Shown piece by piece: positions 5,747 through 10,747 of a stretch of 10,747 nt of DNA. The DNA lies in NCBI GenBank assembly GCA_044868695.1, contig JBIOWP010000146.1, positions 1 through 10,747 of the forward strand, read 5' to 3'. This DNA comes from a bacterium (GTDB lineage Bacteria > Sysuimicrobiota > Sysuimicrobiia > Sysuimicrobiales > Kaftiobacteriaceae). Numbering within the stretch: the first letter of the stretch is position 1; the number at the start of each line of letters is the position of its first letter. Position numbers and translations under genes: made by a program. The notes under the pieces are model-generated. The model worked only from the letters and a program-made list of their open reading frames with translations, was not told the origin of the DNA and did not search any database.

Positions 5747-7264
5747 TCAGCGCCGCTCGGGTTCCCATCCATACACCGGCAGGATATCCACCGGCGCGTA
5801 GTCATCGGTGAGCAGCGGCACATCGGCCGTGGCGACCGGGCGGTCGTAGAAGTCACGCATGAACGACCGCGTGACCAACTCCGAGAGCTTGTTCTCTTTC
5901 AAGAGCGCGTCGAGCCTGGCGGCGAAGGTGTCCCGCGCTATTCCGCGCGTGTCCGTGGCGAACAGGAGAATCGTGCGGGTCGTCTCCTCCTCTTTGCCCG
6001 TTGCGAAACCGACGGGAAAGAGGTACAGCCCGGGGAACTCCGACGCGTAGGTCTTGTAAATTGCCCGGAACAACTTGCTGTTGGATCCGCCGAGCGCGCC
6101 GACGATGTTGACCACTACCACGCCGCCGGGGGACAGTTTCATGCGAACCTGCCGGAAGAACTCTCGCGTGACCAGGTGGAAGGGAATTCCCTCTGCAAAG
6201 TAAGCGTCCATCACGACGACATCGTATCCGCCGTCCGCGCGGCGGACGTACTGGCGGCCGTCTTGGACGATGATCCGGTGCCGGGGGCCGTCCGCCACTG
6301 CGAAATATTGCCTGGCCACGTCGGCGACGATAGGGTCGAGCTCGACGGAGTCGACCGTCACCTGCGGGTAGTCGTGGAGGAACCGCTTGGGAATCGAGCC
6401 GGCGCCGAGCCCGACTACCAGCATCCTCTTGATAGCCGGCGTAAAGAGCCAGGCCAGGTGGACGTAGTCCGCGTACCGCAGCGGGCTGACAGTCGGATCC
6501 TTCAACAGCATCCCGCCCTGAAGCGACCGGTCGAACCGCAGGTAACGCCAGGATGCATCCTCGTGCACCCGGATGCGGTGGTAGACGGTATCTTTCTCCA
6601 GAAGGATGGTCGCGATCCCGGTCGTCTGGGCGGAACCACCTGACGCGAGCACAAACACGAGCAGCCCCGCGGCCGCGGGTCTGACCACACGCACGGCACG
6701 GCGCGTCAGCAGCGCCGAAAACAGCAGCAACGTAATGCCGAGCGTATAGAGGATCGCACGGACACCCATCGCCGGAATCAGCGCAAAGGCAGTGACCAGC
6801 GTCCCCACGATGCTGCCGGCGGTGGAGATCGCGTACAGCTGCCCCGCGGTGTTCCCCACGGTGGCCAGGTCCGTCGCAGCCAGCTTGATGGCCACGGGCG
6901 ACGTCGTCCCCAGCAGCAGGCTCGGGAGCACGAAGAGCACGACCGACGCAAGCAGCGGGCTGGCCCGCGGGCCCAGGTCCCAGGCGGAGATCCCTTCCAA
7001 AATGCTCCGGGCGACAAGGGGCAGGAGGAGGATGACCACCCCGGCGACCGCCAGGGCCAGCGTCAGGGTGCCCGGGCGCGGCCAGCGGTCCGCGGCGAGG
7101 CCACCCAGATAATATCCTGCGCTCAACGCGGCGAGGAAGATACTGATGAGGCTGCCCCACACGTAGACTGAGCTTCCGAAATAGGGGGCCAGAATCCGGC
7201 TGCCGACGATCTCGAGCGCCATGAGCACGGCCCCGGCACCGAAGACGACGATGCGCAGTGTCAC
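5747..7264 (-). CDS. Fused membrane (MFS-like) domain / spermidine-synthase-like class I SAM-binding domain protein
   Basis: N-terminal TM region (MALEIVGSRILAPYFGSSVYVWGSLISIFL...GQLYAISTAGSIVGT). C-terminal LVVGLGAG, VELDP, DGRQY, YDVVVMDAY, LTDDYAP. GTG start at 7264 overlaps the serS stop (GTGA). The track's extension to 7519 lies inside serS. Confidence 0.88.
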   Translation of the reverse strand: MTLRIVVFGAGAVLMALEIVGSRILAPYFGSSVYVWGSLISIFLAALSAGYYLGGLAADRWPRPGTLTLALAVAGVVILLLPLVARSILEGISAWDLGPRASPLLASVVLFVLPSLLLGTTSPVAIKLAATDLATVGNTAGQLYAISTAGSIVGTLVTAFALIPAMGVRAILYTLGITLLLFSALLTRRAVRVVRPAAAGLLVFVLASGGSAQTTGIATILLEKDTVYHRIRVHEDASWRYLRFDRSLQGGMLLKDPTVSPLRYADYVHLAWLFTPAIKRMLVVGLGAGSIPKRFLHDYPQVTVDSVELDPIVADVARQYFAVADGPRHRIIVQDGRQYVRRADGGYDVVVMDAYFAEGIPFHLVTREFFRQVRMKLSPGGVVVVNIVGALGGSNSKLFRAIYKTYASEFPGLYLFPVGFATGKEEETTRTILLFATDTRGIARDTFAARLDALLKENKLSELVTRSFMRDFYDRPVATADVPLLTDDYAPVDILPVYGWEPERR

Positions 7265-8529
7265 GGCGGCGTGATGACCTTCATGCCGTTCATGTACGGA
7301 ACCAGCGCCTCCGGCATCCGGACTGTGCCATCCTTCTGTTGATAATGCTCCAGCACCGAGACCAGCGCCCGGCTGGTCGCCACGGCGGTGCCGTTGAGGG
7401 TGTGCGCGTACACCGCGCCGCCCCCACGCCGGACGCGGATTCCAAGCCGTCTGGCCTGGAAGTCGGTGCAGTTGCTGACCGAGGAGGTTTCCCCATACTC
7501 CCGTCGCCCCGGCATCCACGTTTCGACGTCATAGGTCTTGGCCGAGGGCGTGCTGCTGTCCCCCCCGCACACCGCCACGACCCGGTAGTGCAGGCCGAGC
7601 CGCTGCAACACCCGCTCATGAAGCGAGACAAGGTATTCGTGCTCATCCCACGAGGCGTCGGGCTGCGTGAATGAGAACATTTCAACCTTATCGAACTGGT
7701 GCACGCGGTAGATGCCCTTGACGTCCCGGCCGTAGCTGCCGGCTTCTCGACGGAAACACCACGAGATCCCGGCCAGGCGAAGGGGCAGCTGCGACTCGTC
7801 CAGCGTCTCCTCCTTATACAAACCTGCCAGCGGCTGCTCGGAGGTTCCGATGAGCGCGAGTTCCTCGTCGGCGATCCGGTAGACCTGCTGGTCGTCCAAC
7901 GCCGCACCTCCCCAGGCTCCGGTGATGATGTCAGGGCGCACGAGGACCGGCGGGATGATCGGAGTGAACCTTTCCGTCAGCAGGACATCCATCCCCAGCC
8001 TCATCAGCGCCAGCTCCAGCAGCGCTCCCGCGCCGCGCAGGAAGTAGAAGCGGGAGCCGGAGACTTTGGCGCCGCGCTCCATGTCCAAGAGCCCTAGCCG
8101 CGTCCCAAGCTCGAGGTGGTCCAGCGGTTGGAAGTCGAACCGCGGCTTCTCCCCCCAGTGGCGGACCGGGACGTTCTCCGTCGCGTCCTTGCCGGGCGGC
8201 ACGCTCTCGTGCGGCAGATTCGGAAGCTCCAGGGTCATCCGTGTCAGCGCCGCTTCCGCTTCTCGCAGCTCGGGCTCAAGGGTCTTCAAGCGCGAAGAGA
8301 CGTCCCGCATCGCCGCAATGCGAGGCTCGCGATCGGTGCCCCGGAGCTTGGCGATCTCGCCCGACGCCCGATTCTGCTCGGCGCGCAGGCGTTCGACCTC
8401 CTGAACCAGCTCGCGCCGCCGGCGGTCAATCTCCAGGACGCGATCGACCAGCGCCGGGTCGCGATGCTTCTTGCGGATGCCCGCCTTCACGAGCTCAGGA
8501 TTCTCGCGGACCAGTTTCAGATCAAGCAT
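7261..8529 (-). CDS. serS: Serine--tRNA ligase
   Basis: MLDLKLVREN N-terminal coiled coil, LPNLPHESVPPG, GTSEQ, motif 2 FRREAGSYGRDVKGIYRVHQFDKVE, SAKTYDVETW, SNCTDFQARRL, motif 3 HTLNGTA. Confidence 0.98.
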   Translation of the reverse strand: MLDLKLVRENPELVKAGIRKKHRDPALVDRVLEIDRRRRELVQEVERLRAEQNRASGEIAKLRGTDREPRIAAMRDVSSRLKTLEPELREAEAALTRMTLELPNLPHESVPPGKDATENVPVRHWGEKPRFDFQPLDHLELGTRLGLLDMERGAKVSGSRFYFLRGAGALLELALMRLGMDVLLTERFTPIIPPVLVRPDIITGAWGGAALDDQQVYRIADEELALIGTSEQPLAGLYKEETLDESQLPLRLAGISWCFRREAGSYGRDVKGIYRVHQFDKVEMFSFTQPDASWDEHEYLVSLHERVLQRLGLHYRVVAVCGGDSSTPSAKTYDVETWMPGRREYGETSSVSNCTDFQARRLGIRVRRGGGAVYAHTLNGTAVATSRALVSVLEHYQQKDGTVRMPEALVPYMNGMKVITPP

Positions 8530-8551
8530 GTCCGATGCTCTTTCCGCTTCT

Positions 8552-8580
8552 GGTCCCAGGTCCCTGGTCCCTGGTCCCCA
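8552..8580. repeat. Heptamer tandem repeat (GGTCCCW-like x4) in the archease-serS spacer
   Basis: GGTCCCA GGTCCCT GGTCCCT GGTCCCC. On the mRNA strand it reads GGGG ACCA GGG ACCA GGG ACCT GGG. Confidence 0.8.
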
Positions 8581-8582
8581 GT

Positions 8583-9005
8583 TCAGACGTCGAAAATCAC
8601 CCGGGCGCTCCACTCGTCATTCTTCCGCACGTCAAGCTGGTGGTAGGTCGCCGCCTTGACGTCCCGCCGAAACCGGTGGCGTGAGGGGTCGACCGGTTCG
8701 CCCAAGACCACCGCGGCCAGCCGGCGCTCGGTGACCTCCTGCACGTCAAACGCAGCGGGGATGAAGCCGTCCGCGTTGAGCAGAACCAGCAGCTCGTTCA
8801 GCCAGGCCACGAGGAGGCCTGAGAGGTCGTCGGCGTCGACCGCGATGCGCCGTGCGGTGCGGGGTTTCACCGCCTCGGGGAGAATCATGAAGTGCATCAT
8901 CCCGGCCGCGGCGTTGGTGAAGAGTTCAGGCAGCGTCTCTCCGTGGGCCACGATGCCGACGTCGGCGGTGTGATCGATGACGTCGAAGGGTTCGCTACGA
9001 GGCAA
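8583..9005 (-). CDS. Archease
   Basis: Signature DHTADVGI, LLVAWLNELL, VKAATYH and C-terminal IFDV, 140 aa. TTG start overlaps the lysR end by 11 nt. Confidence 0.93.
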   Translation of the reverse strand: MPRSEPFDVIDHTADVGIVAHGETLPELFTNAAAGMMHFMILPEAVKPRTARRIAVDADDLSGLLVAWLNELLVLLNADGFIPAAFDVQEVTERRLAAVVLGEPVDPSRHRFRRDVKAATYHQLDVRKNDEWSARVIFDV

Positions 9006-9891
9006 CCGGCGTCACGGACGAGCGCAGCATTTCGCGGAACGCCTTCAGGGCCTGACCGGGCCGCTTCTCGCGATGCGTGACGATGGAGAATCGCCGCCGG
9101 ATGACGAGGTCAGGCATGGGAACGATCACCAGCCGTCCAGCGCCGGCTTCGCCTGCGACGGCGAAGCGGGAGGTGATGGTGACGCCCAGCCCCGCGGCCA
9201 CGGCTTCCTTGACGGCCTCGGTCGTGCCCAGCTCCATCGAGGGCGTGATCGCCACCCCCTCCTCCCGCAGCGCCCCATCCAGGGCCTCGCGGGTGCCCGA
9301 CCCCCGCTCGCGCAGGATCAGCCGGTGGTCCCGCAGCCCCTTGGCGTGGGCGATCCCCGCCGACGCCAGCGGATGCGCTGGGGACGCGACCAGGACCAGC
9401 TCGTCGTCGAGAAATGGCTCGACGAGAAGGTCCTGTGCGGAGATGTCCCACCCGACCACCCCGAGATCGAGCTCGTTGCGGAGGAGCCGTTCCTGGATCC
9501 GCTTCGTGGTGCTGATCTCCAGCTCCACCGCGACCTGAGGATATCGCTCCTGAAAGAGGGCGATCGCCCTTGGCACCAGGTAGGTGCCGGGGGTGGCCGT
9601 TGCACCGACCATCAGCCGGCCGCGATGCAGCCCCTTGATGTCTTCGAGCGCGGTCTGGGCGTCCTCGGCCAAGTCGAGAATCCTGCGCGCGTACTCGTCC
9701 AGCACGCGCCCCGCCTCGGTGAGGTAGATACGTTTGCCCAGTCGCTCAAAGAGCTCCACGCCGAGCGCGCGCTCGAGGTCGGCCACTTGAATGCTTACCG
9801 AGGGCTGGCTGATGCGCAGTTCCCCAGCAGCCCGCGAGTAGCTCCCGAGCCGGGCGACGGCCGTAAAGATGCGGAGCTGGTGAAGATTCAC
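8995..9891 (-). CDS. LysR-family transcriptional regulator (CysL/CbbR-like substrate-binding domain), probably selenium-associated given its context
   Basis: N-terminal HTH MNLHQLRIFTAVARLGSYSRAAGELRISQPSVSIQVADLERALGVELFER, plus LILRERGSGTR and EAVKEAVAAGLG. GTG start at 9891 gives 298 aa. Confidence 0.95.
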   Translation of the reverse strand: MNLHQLRIFTAVARLGSYSRAAGELRISQPSVSIQVADLERALGVELFERLGKRIYLTEAGRVLDEYARRILDLAEDAQTALEDIKGLHRGRLMVGATATPGTYLVPRAIALFQERYPQVAVELEISTTKRIQERLLRNELDLGVVGWDISAQDLLVEPFLDDELVLVASPAHPLASAGIAHAKGLRDHRLILRERGSGTREALDGALREEGVAITPSMELGTTEAVKEAVAAGLGVTITSRFAVAGEAGAGRLVIVPMPDLVIRRRFSIVTHREKRPGQALKAFREMLRSSVTPVAS

Positions 9892-9901
9892 GTGTCGGCG
9901 T

Positions 9902-9915
9902 TTATTGTACACTAA
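9902..9915. promoter_or_regulatory. Palindrome containing overlapping divergent -10 elements / candidate LysR site
   Basis: TTATTGTACACTAA is self-complementary at 12/14 positions. It contains TACACT (+, 9908-9913) and TACAAT (-, 9909-9904), and T-N11-A fits 9902-9914. Confidence 0.55.
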
Positions 9916-9916
9916 G

Positions 9917-9944
9917 CACGAATCACGAGTCACGAAGCACGCGA
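9917..9944. repeat. Heptamer tandem repeat (CACGA.. x4) in the lysR-selD spacer
   Basis: CACGAAT CACGAGT CACGAAG CACGCGA. Confidence 0.7.
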
Positions 9945-9959
9945 AGGGAGGTGAGGACC

Positions 9960-10747
9960 GTGACCGAGCGGGATCGCATCCGCCTCACCACGATGGTCGC
10001 CTGTGCGGGGTGAGCATCCAAACTGAGTCCTGAGGACCTGGCGCAGGTCCTGCGCCAGCTGCCCAAGGCCACCGACCCCAACCTCCTGGTCGGCGCCAGC
10101 ACGGCCGACGACGCGGCGGTGTACCGCCTCGCGGACGACCTGGCTGTGGTCCAGACCGTGGACGTGTTCACGCCTGTCGTCGACGATCCGTATCATTACG
10201 GGGCGATCTCCGCCGCGAATGCGCTGTCGGACGTCTATGCAATGGGCGGCCGGCCGGTCCTCGCCCTCAACATCGTCGGATTTCCGCGCGCCAAGCTGCC
10301 GATGTGGGTGCTGCATGAGATCCTGCGGGGCGGGGGGGACAAGGCCGGCGAGGCCGGCGTGGTCATCGCCGGCGGGCACTCGATCGACGACCCGGAACCG
10401 AAATACGGCCTGGCCGTCACGGGCCTCGTGCGCCCGGACGCCGTGATCCGAAACGTCGGCGCCCGGCAGGGTGACCAGCTGGTGCTCACCAAACCGCTGG
10501 GCATCGGCGTCATCACCACCGGCATCAAGCAGGGAAAGACATCCGACAGAACCGCGGCGGAGGCGATCCGGATCATGGAAGTCCTCAACCGCGCCGCCGC
10601 GGAGGCGATGGTGGAAACCGGCGTGCACGCCGCCACAGACGTGACCGGCTTTGGGCTCCTGGGACACCTCTACGAGATGACATCCGGCAGCCGTGTCCGC
10701 GCGCAGATCCGCCTCTCCAGCGTTCCGATCCTGGCAGAGGCGACACG
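9960..10747 (+). CDS. selD: Selenide, water dikinase (selenophosphate synthetase), selenocysteine-containing, truncated by the window end
   Basis: Not in the ORF track. GGAGGT SD, then GTG 9960: MTERDRIRLTTMVACAG-U(TGA 10011-10013)-ASKLSPEDLAQVL...DDAAVY...QTVDVFTPVVDDPYHYGAISAANALSDVYAMGG...GGHSIDDPEPKYG...LTKPLGIG...TDVTGFGLLGHL, open to the window end. Confidence 0.97.
10033..10058 (+). promoter_or_regulatory. Bacterial SECIS-like hairpin downstream of the Sec UGA
   Basis: Stem A: AGGACCTG-GCG-CAGGTCCT (10033-10051). Stem B: CTGGCGCAG-GTC-CTGCGCCAG (10038-10058). Both loops start with G and begin 27 and 33 nt after the UGA. Confidence 0.75.

Noticed and set aside
7265..7519. 85-aa N-terminal extension of the membrane/SAM-domain protein, and similar extensions on dnaX, serS and lysR in the track
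   Set aside because: The extensions overlap neighbouring genes, repeats or promoters. Family-typical N-termini begin at 7264, 2383, 8529 and 9891.
8530..8582. T-box riboswitch upstream of serS
   Set aside because: The spacer is only 53 nt and lacks the T-box consensus and a terminator.
1128..9944. CRISPR array interpretation of the short repeats
   Set aside because: Units are 7-8 nt and directly tandem, with no unique spacers and no cas genes.
1286..10667. Long antisense or alternate-frame ORFs (e.g. 1286..2212, 4112..5185, 5853..7160, 8977..9915, 9930..10667)
   Set aside because: These are shadow ORFs expected from high-GC codon bias on or opposite well-identified genes, with no independent motifs.
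9960..10747. selD as a nonsense pseudogene
   Set aside because: The only stop is a TGA exactly at the catalytic Cys/Sec column, followed by SECIS-like hairpins, and the rest of the frame is intact.

Overview
High-GC bacterial chromosomal window, probably from a Terrabacteria lineage (inferred from the long, Alu-domain-type SRP RNA). Left to right: (1) a lower-GC accessory stretch (1-~740) with a truncated winged-HTH/zinc-knuckle gene and a ~60-aa ORF, lying just past the 3' end of the SRP RNA gene; (2) a REP-like palindrome; (3) the large SRP RNA gene ffs/scr (842-1112, minus); (4) a CPBP intramembrane protease fused to a zinc ribbon; (5) dnaX-ybaB-recR followed by a YkuK RNase H-like gene; (6) a tightly coupled minus-strand run lysR -> archease -> serS -> membrane-fused spermidine-synthase-like protein; (7) a divergent selD, cut by the window end. 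The ORF track misses selD because codon 18 is an in-frame TGA (CAG-U-ASK) followed by SECIS-like hairpins, so it is a selenoprotein. lysR and selD share a 68-bp spacer holding a near-perfect palindrome that contains back-to-back -10 elements. Four intergenic spacers carry 7-8-nt tandem repeats, three of which match the canonical G-quadruplex pattern. The best candidate for an undescribed system is the selenium-linked lysR/archease/serS/methyltransferase-like unit facing a Sec-containing selD. The next best is a possible island integrated at the ffs 3' end.
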